From Gordius albopunctatus (Eukaryota): a stretch of 64,000 nucleotides of DNA. Under the pieces are notes generated by a model. The model ran no database searches, had not been told where the DNA came from, and worked only from the letters and a program-made list of their open reading frames with translations. The stretch is taken from positions 7,068,001 through 7,132,000 of the forward strand of contig OZ193909.1 in NCBI GenBank assembly GCA_964276515.1, in the 5' to 3' direction. Both the position numbers and the translations under genes were made by a program. Shown here one piece after another: positions 26,174 to 39,325 of the stretch; the first letter of the stretch is position 1; every line of letters begins with the position of its first letter.

Positions 26174-26703
26174 ACTTTAGAAGATAATAACAACCCCTTT
26201 CAGGAGTGCCCGCAATTAAATTAAAAGAATACTCTAATTAGCGCCATCTATGGGCAATTTTAATTAGAGACTAATGTTGTTATTATCTTCTAAAGTATAT
26301 CATTAACCTGCAATTTATTTACTAATTTCTAATATAATAAAACAAAATAATTATTACTACCATAATTATGGGGGTTATTTCATAGCCAACATAAGAATGG
26401 ATTAAATCTAATTTGTGCCTTATATATAACACCTATCTCGCTTACTATGTAACTAGAGAATTCTATGGCATACTGATGAGCTCTAACAAGAGCGAAAACG
26501 TTATATGTCTGTTATCATTTTCGAGTCACATACTAAAAAAGATAGGGATATACATAGTTCAAATTAGTCTCTAATTAAAATTGCCCATAGATGGCGCTAA
26601 TTAGAGTATTCTTTTAATTTAATTGCGGGCACTCCTGAAAGGGGTTGTTATTATCTTCTAAAGTATATCATTAACCTGCAATTTATTTACTAATTTCTAA
26701 TAT
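26174..26703 (+). mobile_element. Non-coding Penelope-pLTR-like or retrozyme-like insertion
   Basis: 102-bp inverted segment (26174-26275 vs 26563-26664), a 368-bp monomer, a ~60-bp direct-repeat tail (26276 vs 26644), and a 12-bp TSD aaaataatacat. Absent from the sister MITE at 31303-32715. Confidence 0.8.
26467..26509 (+). ncRNA. Minimal type I hammerhead ribozyme
   Basis: Stem I ggcata/tatgtc, CUGAUGA core, stem II gctct-aaca-agagc, GAAA, palindromic ACGU in place of stem III, then UA; predicted cleavage after 26503. Confidence 0.88.
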
Positions 26704-26776
26704 AAAATAATACATTATCTAAAAAATTTTATTAAGCCCGAATCGCCCGAATCCTATCATCGTGCCCACACGGGCC

Positions 26777-27377
26777 TAGAGGCCTGCATGGGTCACCCGA
26801 AATCCTAACCCGACCCGGTTAAAAATTTAAAAACACTTTCGGGTCGGGTTGGATTTATAGATTCGGGTCAAAGGATATGAATCTTACATTACAAAATGAA
26901 CTAAACGTATTTGTTAAATTAATGCCATTATCTATAATTTTTGTAAAGTAATATCGAATTTTATAACTAATTATAATCATTCATTCATATAACCAATTTC
27001 CTTTTCTATTTTTTTAATTCGTTTAATTTGGAGGCAAATTTAAATTTAAAGCTGAATTACGAAAGGTAAAATATTAACAAATGAGTATTTATTATTATTT
27101 ATAGTCTATAGAGTAAATTATAAATTCAACTAAATAAAGATATAATTAAATATTCAATTTAAAGTTGAATCAGGAAAGGTAAAATATTCAAAATTTATAC
27201 ATCATTATAGTAAATCAATTTAATAAATATATTAATCAAATTTTGTATGATTATTTCTGTCGAATAAATTTTTCATCCTCAAATTTTTCTACTTGGTCGG
27301 GTCCGGATTGAAAATTAAAAAACGCTTTCGGGTCGGGTCGGGTTCGGGGTGGAAAAAAGTGACTTTGCAGGCCTCTA
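26777..27377. mobile_element. hAT-type MITE (TAGAGGCCTGCA TIR) nested in 25186-27456
   Basis: Perfect 12-bp TIRs and a degenerate 8-bp TSD (cacgggcc / cccggccc). Confidence 0.85.
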
Positions 27378-27560
27378 CCCGGCCCGCCCGAAAATATAAA
27401 TTTAGGCCAGTTGTCCGGCCCATGTTCGGGCAGCGGGCCGGGCAATCTGGTCTCTGCTGGTGATTCTTATATATTTGCGATTTGGTTAAATGAAATATAA
27501 TACTCAATTTTAGCAGATAGTTTATAATTATGGAAAACGTGTACAGCCTAAAGTACAAAG

Positions 27561-28956
27561 TACGCCTCTGGATTTCGAATCGAATATTTTTGGTATTCGA
27601 TTCAGATTGGAATTTTTTTTCAAAAAAAATATTCGATTCGAGATTCGTCGAATATTAAAATGAAGATTCGAATTCGATTCGAAAATAATTTAAGGATTCG
27701 AAATCGATTTGAATATATAAATTAAGTTTTTTTATTATTAAAAAACACATTAAAAAGGCTACTATGTTTTTAAATTTGCATATACATTTGGAAAATTAAT
27801 TTAAAAATATTTAAAAAATACACACATTGAAAATAAAAATATTAAAGGCCAACAAAAAACTATGGCGATAGGTGTAAGACAATCAATAACCGTTTTTAGC
27901 CAACTTTTAAGGCAAATCATCTTCCTAACACTTTCTCCCTCAAACGATTGCTTGTGTTTGGTCAATAATTTAGTTCCGGTTTAAAATATTCTTTCGCACG
28001 GGGTAAATACTCCAGGTATAGAGAGAAGATTTCTTTACAATTTTTGAATGGCTGGAAAAGGACATCGATTCGATTTCCACCATTGTAAAGGCTCAGGCCA
28101 CACGTGGTCTGTGCAAAAATGTCTCCAATGGAGACTTCGCCTTGTCGCTCTTCCTCGCTAGTTGATACAAAATCGGGCTTACTTCCTATAGCAGTTTCCG
28201 AGACATCTTTAATTTCTCTATAGGATATGCCATGTACTAGTGATACACTCAAATTTTGAGCCTTAAATCGACGACACTCGCCAATAAGACTCTTCACTTT
28301 TCTGCTTGGCCATTTTGACAGCATGATCTTTTATGCCTGTTTAATAATATACCGGTAACACCAAGTTAATTTTGGGGTTTGCCCCCCCCCCCCGGATATG
28401 AAATTAATTGCACTATAAAATCAATTTAACTTTTTCAATTTGTTCCCATTCAATGTTGGATATTAATTCCTCCTAAGAGAAATTTAAAGACCAAATTCAA
28501 TGCCTGGCTTACTAAAATAGCCTTTTGTATCATTATATAAGTGATGTTCCACCTGACTACCATTTCAAGTTTTTCCTTTATGGAATTAATTGGTATGTCA
28601 AAATCTTTAAATAGAGCCTTTAATCTTGAAATATTTTTGGCTGTCTTGCAAGTTTTATAAAAGTCCATACTCTAAATAAATTGTGATCCTCGTTCTACAT
28701 AACTTATGTAAGTTTAAAAAAATTTTAATTAAACTTTTTTAAATTGCAGCAGGAAAAATAACTATAATACGGTAAGATATACATATAGCTAAATATTTGA
28801 GTCTCGTCTATTTGAATTAAACTGAAAAAAATAAAATTCGATTTTTTAAGGGATTAGATTCGGATTTTCGAATCTTAGCAGCGTAAATATTCGATTCGAA
28901 ACTTACAAATATGGATTCGGATTCGAATTGAATCTCGAATATTTCCCATAGGCGTA
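27561..28956 (-). mobile_element. Internally deleted hAT (Ac-like) transposon with transposase remnants
   Basis: TIRs tacgcct(c/a)tgg, 8-bp TSD gtacaaag, TTCGAA-rich subtermini. The - strand encodes VRWNITYIMI and PLQWWKSN..FP....LLSIPG...PCERIF (about 27900-28100). Confidence 0.88.
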
Positions 28957-31302
28957 GTACAAAGCATACATTGTTAAATAATCCACCTTTTTAAATTATT
29001 ATCGACAAAAAAGGTACACGTAAGGCAAAATATAATTACAGTAATATTAAACCTACTAAGTTAACTCTAATTTTCTTAAGTTGGCAGGAGAACAACACTA
29101 AACATAGGACTAATATATGCCCAATATGGCCATCTTATTAAGGCAATTTTTTATTGATTTTAAAGATAGACTCAACTTTAAAGAATCTGGACATCTTGAA
29201 AAGAAGATAAAAGGGTAAAAGTAGTTTGTCGGACATATTTTGGATAAATTCAATAATGATATAAAAATTAAATAGATCTTTCAAACTAAAACTTAATGTA
29301 ATAAAATCAATATTTAGTACATATCAGATATAATCTTTAAATTTGTTTAAAATATTTTAAAGCAATATTACATGTCAGAATTAGTTATTAGTTTATTAAA
29401 AATATATATTAAAAAGGCGAATTCCCTTTTGCCTAAAGAGTAAAATAACTCACTCGATATAATTATTGATTACAAACTCACTGGATTTTCGATTAAAATT
29501 TATTTTAATTAAACGTATCTATCAAGGATTAATTAAGAAAATGAAATTTTTCGTTTTTTGATAATATTTATGAAGAAAACAATATTTAGAAAAATGCACT
29601 ACTTTTCCGCTGTCAAAAGCGCGTCCAAAATCGTTTGAGTCTTATGTCGTGTGTGCTGTTGTTTATCCTTTTTTATGCTTATTGAAAGCAATTCAATTTT
29701 TGAGTGCTTCAAGAGTCTATTTATCAAGAAAGATAAAGATGTCAAAAGTCGGAAATAAGTCTAAAAATAGAATAGCGTCGCAAAGTGTTGGGTCAGATCA
29801 GAACTGAAGTTATGCTAGTTATTAACAATAATAAAAAAATTTTAAATGAAACGAAATAAAGATTAGGGCCTGGAAATAAACCATAAAATTACCAAGACCA
29901 ATCGACCTTTGGCATTGGAATTTAATGTTTACACAAATTTAATATTAACTCAAAAAAATGAATGCTATAATTTCTGATAATTTTGCTATTTTTTAAATAA
30001 AAGATCTTTATTATATATGCTAAATTTGAACAAAATGAAAAGTATAGTGGCCATAAATATTTTTAAATATACACAATGTTGCAAAGCCAAATACAATTAT
30101 TTAGTAATATTAAAGATAGGATCACCTTGATTTTGAAAATTATTGTGATCAAACGTTTAATATTCTAAAGGAAGAGATCAGAATCCTTCAAGGGTGGTCG
30201 AGTAGGGGGGATCCGATTAAAAAAGCAAATAATGGGTGCGAAATAATTCGGTCTGGTTTGGGTTTAAATTTAAAATAAATTTTCGATCAAATCAGGGCTA
30301 AAAAATACTAACTTAGCAGGACTGTGTCGTGCCTTTCACACGTTCGCATGGGCGTAGCCAGCATTGAAATTAGAGGGAGCAATAATGATTCAGGGAGAGG
30401 TAAAATGATCATTTTTCCAAATTTAGCCATAATTTTAATAAATTTTAACAGATCATGGGATTTAGAGGGGGCAGCCGCCCCTCCCTGCCCCCCCCCCACA
30501 AAAAATTGTTTAGGAAATAAAACCTAACTAAATAATTTGGTAAGGCTGTTAGAATATAATTTTAAATTATAAATTAAATAATTTTGTTGGGATGTAAAAT
30601 TGAGTTAGAACTTGAATTATAATCGAGGTTCCAGGCGCGCCAGGATTTTCTCAAATGGGGGTGGGTGTAGATTTTCAATTTTTTCATAATTTTTATTTAT
30701 AATATAAAAAAAATGAGGGATGAGAAAAGTACGGGTCGGCCCATTGTGGTAAAATTATATTATCTGGCGGGCTCGGACACGACACGCTATAGGAAGAAGA
30801 TTTTTTTATGGAGTATTATATTGTGTTTATGTATTATGTTGTCATTTTTTTTGATTGTTTAATATTTATTAATCGTGTTTCTAATATAAAAAAACGAAAA
30901 TTAAATTTATAATTTTTCGCAAATATAACGAAATTACAGCTAAAAATCATTATTTCAGATCGGACAGTTGTTCGGGCAGCTCAAATCAGTGCCGTAGCTA
31001 GCATTTTTCCCTTGGGGGGCCGAACTTAAATTTAACACCAATGGGGAGGGGTTAATGATAATTTATAAAATATTTTCATATACATTTGTCAAAATTAAAT
31101 ACCACCTATTCCTTTGTGTATTTTCTTATTCAGAATTCACTTGAACTCCTAACCTTGTTTTCATATCAATATTATGTTCCCAAATTTTAGATCTCCCCTG
31201 TTCCGTTTACCTTCGACTTAGACATGAGCATGCGAAATTAGAGACTACGGGCCTCTTTAGGTCAATCAGCCCGCCCGTCACAAATATTTTTATTGTTTAA
31301 AC

Positions 31303-32715
31303 CAGAGACCAGATTGCCCGACCCGGCCCGCTGCCCGGCTCGGCCCACCCTAATTTTTTATTTACGGGCGGGCCCGGGCGGGCACGATGATAGGATTCGG
31401 GCAATTTGGGCCTAATAACATTTTTTAGATAATGTTATTATTTTGTTGCTTTTTTATTTGATTGTATATAAAAATGCTAAAAGAGTTAAGAAACTTGATT
31501 TCGCCATCTGTTCCCAAGTCATTTCTATAATTTTTTCCCGAAAAATTCTATTTCCATCAAGTCCCTATTCCTAACTATGTTGATGGAAATGATGAAATAT
31601 TCATATTTATGTAGCCCTTTCCTTTCATTGTTCGTAATTCACATGTGCCGTCTATTCGTAATACAAAACGTCATGCCCAAATTGCAGTCTTGTTAAGGAG
31701 CCGTGTCGCTACATTTTTTCAAAAAAACTGGAGCGCCCCTCCTTTTTAAAATTGAGGAGCGGGAGCGGGAGTACCTCCTTTTAGGGCTGGCGCTCCTCCG
31801 CTCCTTTAAATTTAATATGTAAATTATATTCTATTTTAAACATTAATAATATTTTTTAATTAAAATTTAATGAAAATATAATTTTATTTTATTTAAATTT
31901 ATTCATTATTAAATGTTGAGCCGAGTTTTATATTGATTTTTCATCTAATCATTTGAATTTTTGGATAGTCGAGACCCCTTTTTTTGCTCTCAGGAAAATT
32001 TTGGATAGTCGGGACCTTTTTTTTGCTCTTAGGAAAATTTTGGATAGTTAAGGAAATTTTTTGGATAGTCGAGACCTTTTTTAAATTGGTTTTAATTATT
32101 TTTGGAAAATCAAAGGAGCGGTTATGGAGCGGCACTCCTGTAGTTGAAGCGGGAGCGCTCCTTTTAATATGTAGTAGCGGGAGCGGGAGTTCGCTCCTTT
32201 TGAGAAGGTAGGAGCGGGAGAAGGAGTCGCTACTTTTAAAAAGGAGCGTTAACAAGACTGCCAAATTGACACAATGCATGCAAGCGTTAACATTTGAACT
32301 CTATTGATAAATTATTGTTTTTATCAAAAAAGTAAGTTCTAAGAGCCAGATTGACTAATTAAACTAATTTTATTCATTAAGAAGTTTATTCATATGGTAG
32401 GGGGGGCTTAAACGATTTAACCCAAAGGGGGAGTATAATTTTGTTTTTCTAAGAGTATTTATAAAATATATAAACTTTAAACTTAATTTAAAAAATGCTA
32501 TAAATATTTTCAAGGACATCGGCTGTAATTAATTAATATTTTGCTGTTATATGATTTGTAAACGTTCTAACATGTTTGTACCTAAATGCCTTATCAATTA
32601 ATAATGTTTCGGGCGGCCCCGGGCGGACACCTAGAAGGGTTCGGGCGGGCAATGAGGTCAAAAACTTGAACCGGCCCGGGTTCGGGCATAAATTTCCTAA
32701 CAAATCTGACCTCTG
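31303..32715. mobile_element. Non-autonomous hAT-type element (CAGAGA/CAGAGG family), reverse-oriented sister of 25186-27456
   Basis: TIRs cagagaccagatt and aatctgacctctg, TSD gtttaaac/ggttaaac. Confidence 0.85.
31685..32260. mobile_element. hAT-type MITE (CAGTCTTGTTAA TIR, GGAGCG-rich) nested in 31303-32715
   Basis: 12-bp TIRs and a perfect 8-bp TSD ccaaattg. Confidence 0.9.
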
Positions 32716-35700
32716 GGTTAAACGTTAAAAAATTGTAAATTAATATAAAACATCATAAAACCATACCTTTGTTTATACTTTATAGTACAGAAAAAAATCT
32801 ATATGATTTTGTAGAGCTCAGCGGGCTTTACTTATATCTATGCGCGGCTCGAGCACGCTAGGTATTAGGGCCCGTCCTTAGCCCGTTGTTTTAATTAAAG
32901 CAAAATTACTAGCAATATTTTTAACGTTATTTCTTCCTTTCCTAAATCAACCTTGCACCACCCGCCCCACTGTATTTTAATACTTGCCCGACAAAAATTT
33001 TTAAATAAAATTTAACAAATCAAATTATTTCTCTATATAAGGGTCAGTTTTCGAATCTTTTATTCTGAACTCTATATTCACCGAGTTTATTATCACTAAT
33101 AAAAAAATGAAATTTCAAGCTAGACCATATATACAAAATGCAAAATTTATATAAAACATGAGAAGGTCAGAGTTGTAAAAATTGTGCCCACATTTTATAT
33201 CATACGGCCCAGCGATCCTCAAAATATTAATGTGGTCGATTCTGCTGCCTGCGTAATTTAGCGAACAATTAAATGCCTGCATTATTTATAACTAGAGACT
33301 ACAATTACAACAGCAGCGCCGCTCGGTAAATTTTGAGGCTAAAAAAGAGGAGCCGAAATTCTTAGAAATGGGATGAGGCGTGGTCATAAATTTGCAGGCG
33401 AAAAAAGGAGAATTTAATTTATTATCTTATCTAGTCCCTATTAAACCTAATTCATTTAAACCTCTTTTAGCGCCGCATTTCTTTCTTTAAAAGAGATGTA
33501 GCGCGAACTCGTCCTACAGAATCTCTCGTTTTTTATTCTATTTCTTTGCTAATGAAGGAAAAAGTTATTTGTGTTATGTAATAAAAATTTAAAGCGTGAT
33601 ATCGATATGTGATATAAAGGCTTGCATAAATCAAAGGATTAGCCACATGCCACCTCATGTGCGACAATCCCTTTTTAAATTGAGACGCCACAAGAGAACG
33701 ATTTTAAATTATGCTGTCTCGAGAAACAATCTGAAAAGTGTCTAAACATTCTGTAGATTCATGAGCGTTGCCAGCATTGGAATTAAAGGGGGAGGAGGGG
33801 GCAATAATGATTTAGGTAGGGGCTAAATGTTCATTTTTTGATAGCCATAATTTTAATAAATTTTAACAAAATTTTGGATTTAGAGGGAGGCAGCCACCCT
33901 TAGCTAATCCCATGTCTGGATTTATAATAAGAGGGAGAAAAATATCCTAAATCTAGGCTGTGGGAAATAATTGATATTTTAAATATACCCCTATATCTAT
34001 TTCATCTTAAACAAATCAATAAAACCATTCTCCCCCTACTCAGACTCACTAGCTAAATGTTTTGCTAAACTAGCTTTTGGGATAAGTATAAAAATTTCTA
34101 ATTTGTTTGAGTGGTATGGATTAAGGTTTAACAATGTAAATGGAACAATACAAAATTTATTGACATTTATATGTGAGATCCTAAAAAAAGGAGAGGAGAG
34201 GAAATTGTAAAAAATTGTCAGGTCAAAAAAAAGTGTTTATATCCTGGATGCATGGCTATTTGACAAATGACATCTCTCGAAACCGGTTATTTCCACCATA
34301 CAAAACTGGCATAACATTTGCATACACACGAATATATATCGCCTGTCTTAATAAACGTCATAATTGGCATAAATACAGTTTTTGTCAAGCGGAAAAAATT
34401 AAATATTCAAACTTTTGTACATGAGCTAGTTAGAGGGCTGGTACAGATATTCTTATTTATAAATTTAAATTATTCCATAGTTTGAATTAAAAGGGGCGGG
34501 TGACAAAAAGATTCGAAATAATTTTAGACTGATATTTCTACCCCGCCTCTTTTCACTCCCCAATAACTCCTGCTGGGGGGGGGCAATCACTATTTTATAA
34601 AAAAAATTAAAGTTTTTTGTTGGAGTATTAGGTTTTTGTTCTTCGTATAATTAAAAAATTAAATTTTTCGGTCAAATAATGTAAAATTCGTACATGACAA
34701 TCTATATTTTGTACAGAATATATAATATAATAGAGCTTTATTTAATAGAAAAATAGGTTTACCTTAAAAATAGCAGTAATACTGTTAAAAGGCGTTATTT
34801 TTGATTTTAATAGTGGATGGGTTAAACACTTAATTTTTGATTATAAAAATAAACGACATCTCACAATTAATAATACATTGAAAACTATAATTAAGTAATT
34901 AAATATAGCAACAAATGTGGTCATAAACATAATGTCAAAAAGTATGCTTACTTTTTCGAAAAATTAGAATTTGTATTTTTAAAGATTCGGAATGGGATAG
35001 AAATAAAAATTTCGAGCTTAAATGCTTATATACAAGATCGATCGAAAAGATGGGGGATGGTAAACAAATTTATGTATATAACCATCATTATTGTTTATAC
35101 AGAATACTTTCTAAGCAACGGGTACATGGATTATTGAATGCATAATTTAATTAATAATATATATGTATAGAAACATACTTAATTTTTTATAAAAACACAA
35201 AATATAATAGAAATTTTTCTAAATTAAAGAGTTACTATTTTTTAACATGGAGGTAATTTCAATTAATTGGACCTTATAAATTTAAAAGGAAGAGGGGAGG
35301 TCCACGTGTGGCGTGGCTGGGAGCTGGCAGAAATAAAACAGATGCAGAGTTCTTCTCTCCCTAAATTTCGTATAAACGAGTTAAAGGAGCGAAATTGTAG
35401 GATTATTATAAAGCACTAATATCGGATTTTGCAACGCTAGTGATAATGAGAGCTTGCTTGGCTAAGCAACTATTTTTAAACATAATATGTCAGATCATTT
35501 GCACCAGAAGTTCACCTTACCCCATCTTTACAGTTGTTCCTGAACATCTCTTAACGTGTGTTTATTTGCTCCTTGTGTTGCACTAAATCCGCAAATCTTG
35601 TTGGTCCCAATCTTTTTTCATTAGCCATAAGAAGTTCGATAAAATGCTAAAGAATATAACTGGTCCCTCTTATTAAATAATATATAGTAGAAAAATATAA

Positions 35701-36104
35701 TATACTATTTGCCCTTAAAATAATAATTCATGCAATTTCTATTTTTTATCGCGATAATAAATGCTAGTTACTATGTATTTAGACAGTGGCCTATGCAAGG
35801 GGGTGGATATGCGGATCCAACCACCCCCACGGATTTCGAAAAAATATTTTTTTTTTCTAATATCGCATTATATAATAAATATTATGAAATGAGTTTTAAT
35901 TAACTATGAGGTTGAGGAGCACTTATTTTCAACAACCATTAAGTATTTTTAAGCGTTAATATATTTTTACTGAATTTTCCTTGTGGTTATAAAACGTAAG
36001 GATTTCATATGAATTCCTCTATCAATTTGAATAAAAGAAAAGTCTCGATATTTAAATATTGTGTCAAAAAAGTTAATCATGTAATAGGATTAACAAATTT
36101 AAAT

Positions 36105-36175
36105 TAAGAGAGGCACTCTCTATAATAATTGATACAATCATTTTCTGTGGAAAACAAGGGATTGCCCTAAGAGGT
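36105..36175 (+). pseudogene. hAT (ZMYM/Tip100-like) transposase fragment
   Basis: LREALSIIIDTIIFCGKQGIALRG matches the Q.LALRG motif; a CAGTGGC-type terminus lies at about 35784. Confidence 0.6.
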
Positions 36176-37562
36176 AATATATAAACATTTAATTTTTAAA
36201 AAGGTCATGTGGTTAGTAAACACCTGAATTCTAACCTTTTTTAAATTACTTATGTGTCCCTGTTTACCTTTATGTCAAAAACAAAAAGGTGATTCTATGT
36301 CTCCCGATTTATGAACATAAGCCGCAACCTTTTAAATATAAAATAAATTTTTTTTGTTTTGTTAAAAAGATGAAATTTTCTACTAATGATTAAAGTTGTT
36401 TATCGTGACACTGAAGGACTTATTACTATGAAATTCTATCATGCAAGGAGGTCAACTAACTGACATAAGGGTCAAGTTAACTTCATTATTTTTAGTTTGT
36501 CTCATAGGTGTAACTAAGATTTACTCGAGGTGGGGGGGGGGTTTATAAAATTTTCAAGGTGGAATATTTTTTTAACTATTATTTTGGATTAAAATGTTTT
36601 TTCCCCTAAAAGTTTAAAGTGACAATAGCGTAAAAATAATAAAATACTAAAAGTAAAACTCCAACAAATATTTATTTTTATTTAATATACAATATAAAAA
36701 TTATATATATTTAAAATCATGGGAGGGGTTCTAACCCGAAAACCACCCCCTCCATACGCCAATGATTGACTAATTTAAAAACCAAAAAATGCCAAACTCA
36801 ATTATACATTTTTAAATTATTATGAATTTTAAAAGAGTTTATCTATATTATTTCAACAAATTATACTACACATATATTAAGTTTTAAAAATGTATGAAAT
36901 GGGTCTGGAATAATTTACACAATATTCATACGAATCTGCTTTATATTCTTCCAAAAATCAAGTGGTTTAAATTATTTGTAGTTAAAAAATTAAAAATTAA
37001 ATTAATTTTTGAATTATAATAGATTTTACAGGAGTTTATGTATGTAATTAGAGTTTTAAAAATGTATGAATTGGGGGTGGCGTGATTTATTCAAATTCTA
37101 GTTTTAAACAAAACCAGAATTTTTAAGCAAATTACAGTAACTTATATTGACAACATAATCAAGCGATTCGCTTTCTAGGTTAACGCTTTAAAAATATTTA
37201 TAAAAGATTACTCAAATATTTAAATGAATAATATGTTATGATATACTATTCAATGTGTAAGTGAGATATGTGTGATGGGCTGACACATCTTTAAATTGGA
37301 ATTTTAATCGGACACAAGTTTAAACGGCCCTCGGCATAGGCGTAGCCAGGGACTGACAAGGTGGAGCGGCTGTCCTCCTCTAAATCCAAAAAATCTTTAA
37401 AATTTAATATAATTATAACGAAAATTACAACAAATTATCTTTTTGCCCCCCCCCCCCCTAAATCATTATTGCCGCCCTCTCAATTCGATCCTGGCTACGC
37501 CCATGGTCCTCGGTGCTGAGCATGGTGATGTTAGTAAAGGTCATCGGCTTTGACAGCTGTCC

Positions 37563-38374
37563 TAGAGACCTGCACGGCCCGGCCCGGCCCGAAATGACTG
37601 AACAGGCTCGGGCCGGGGCTAGATAAACTTAAGGCCCGTGACAAAAACAAATAGATTTGGCATAAAAGAATTTTTTTTAAATGCTCTAATTTATAATTAT
37701 TTTATTTATATTAAATTAAGAAGATTAGTTAAATTTTATTTCCATCTTAGTTCATTAATTTATCAATATCTAAACCCGTTATACACGAGAACTCATGGGA
37801 ATAGCCTATTTAAATTAGAGGGGGGGGGGTAGTTTGTGGGTAGGGCAAAAAATGTTTTTTAGATCAAGAATTTTGGGATTTAGGGGGGAGGGGCAGCTGC
37901 CCATACTTGCATCCCCAATACCCTCCAGCAATAATGAGTGAATTAATTAAGATTATTTATATATTTTTTCATTAGCAAATTTAAAGAACAAATTTTTAAA
38001 TTTATTTCTTTAAGTTACTTTTGTAAAATATTGCTGTTGTTTTATTTTTATCAAAAACCTAAAAATTTGAAATGGTGGAAAAGCAAAGAGGCCAAGTATA
38101 TTAAAAACTTATAACCTTAAATATTTTCTATTTGGCTTATATAGTTTGTTTTTTAAGTATCCCGAAGTGCCACTTGAAAAAGAGATTTATTCTCTGTAGG
38201 TCGCCTCTTAAAATAAATAACAAATTTACGGGCCTGGGCCGGGCTCGGGCTTTGTATAAAATTAGCGGGCTGAGCCCGGGTTTATAATTTAATATTTTGA
38301 CGGGCTCGGGCCGGGCCTTTAAATTCTTATTACGGGCGGGCCGACTGACTTAAGCATGCCTTTGCAAGTCTCTA
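37563..38374. mobile_element. hAT-type MITE (TAGAGAC TIR)
   Basis: TIRs tagagacctgca and tgcaagtctcta, perfect TSD agctgtcc. Confidence 0.88.
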
Positions 38375-38511
38375 AGCTGTCCATTTGTCTCATTTGCATT
38401 GGCTTGCCGAACGCGTAGTCTTTGTTTATTACAGGAGGTTATGTGGGTGTTAAAATGTTATTGTGTAAAGGCGTTGAATTTGGTGTAGTGAATAATTTGA
38501 ATGATCGGCAG

Positions 38512-39200
38512 TAGAAGTCTGTGTGGGCCAAAATTTTAGGTTCAGGCCCGGCCCATACCCACACAAATTTTATTTTTTAGCCCGCACCCGGCCCGCAAAA
38601 AAACCCAAAAACTGAGCCGCATCAGGCCCGCACGAGTAAAAACAGCAGTTTTAGAATTATTTATTTGAATAAAAACCCATTTTTATTTAAACAAAAAACT
38701 AGTCTATAGCATAAAATCGGTTTTAATCAAAAATTATAATTAAATATTGTCCTTTAAAAATAAAAGACCATCGATTCTATCAGGCAATAATTTATTTCTT
38801 CTCTGTTCTATCAGGCGACTTGCCTTACTGAATGTGGGTTCACTCGTAGCACTGGTGGCTGGAATTGACAAAAATTAATAGCTAATTTTGTTAAATTTGG
38901 TAGAATAAGTTGGTGTTCTTTCCACCATACAATTACGTCTGGCTGAGCATCTTCTTTTAGACTTAATTTAAGATAAGTATCAACTTCGTTCCAATCTTCA
39001 ATCTTTTCCGTTTCGTCATCCTCCCAAATGGAGATATTAATACCTACCTTACCGATAGAATTGCTGAGCTAGATGCTCATAGATGGGCATGCAAGACGAG
39101 CCAGGATCTTCTTACATGGATTTCTTTAATAATTTTGTTAAACGTGCGAAACTTAGGAACAAGAAAGATTGATATTTTATGATAAATATCGATATTAAAC
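38512..39200 (-). mobile_element. hAT remnant with dimerisation domain, same family as about 300-790
   Basis: The - strand reads WWKEHQLILPNLTKLA/SIPATSATSEPTFSKASRLIEQRRNKLLPDRID; the end is GGGCC-rich. Confidence 0.75.
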
Positions 39201-39325
39201 TTTGAAATTGCCATAGTTTTGGCTCATCATTACACGTAGAAGATGGAAACAAATTTGGGGTGCTTTTTAATGATGTATAAAAGGTAATACTTAGAGTGTT
39301 GGTGTCCTGTCGTTTCTAACTCGAT

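Larger units (their letters stand above)
25186..27456. mobile_element. Non-autonomous hAT-type element (CAGAGG/CAGAGA TIRs) carrying two nested insertions
   Basis: TIRs cagaggtcagatt and aatctggtctctg, TSD ctggtgat at 25178-25185 and 27457-27464. Homologous in reverse orientation to 31303-32715. Confidence 0.9.

Noticed and set aside
27962..28324. 120-aa ORF as a captured host gene
   Set aside because: Another frame of the same strand carries a hAT dimerisation-domain remnant, so the ORF is largely off-frame.
31941..32279. 112-aa ORF with hydrophobic N-terminus
   Set aside because: Lies almost wholly within a TSD-bounded MITE and is built from its internal repeats.
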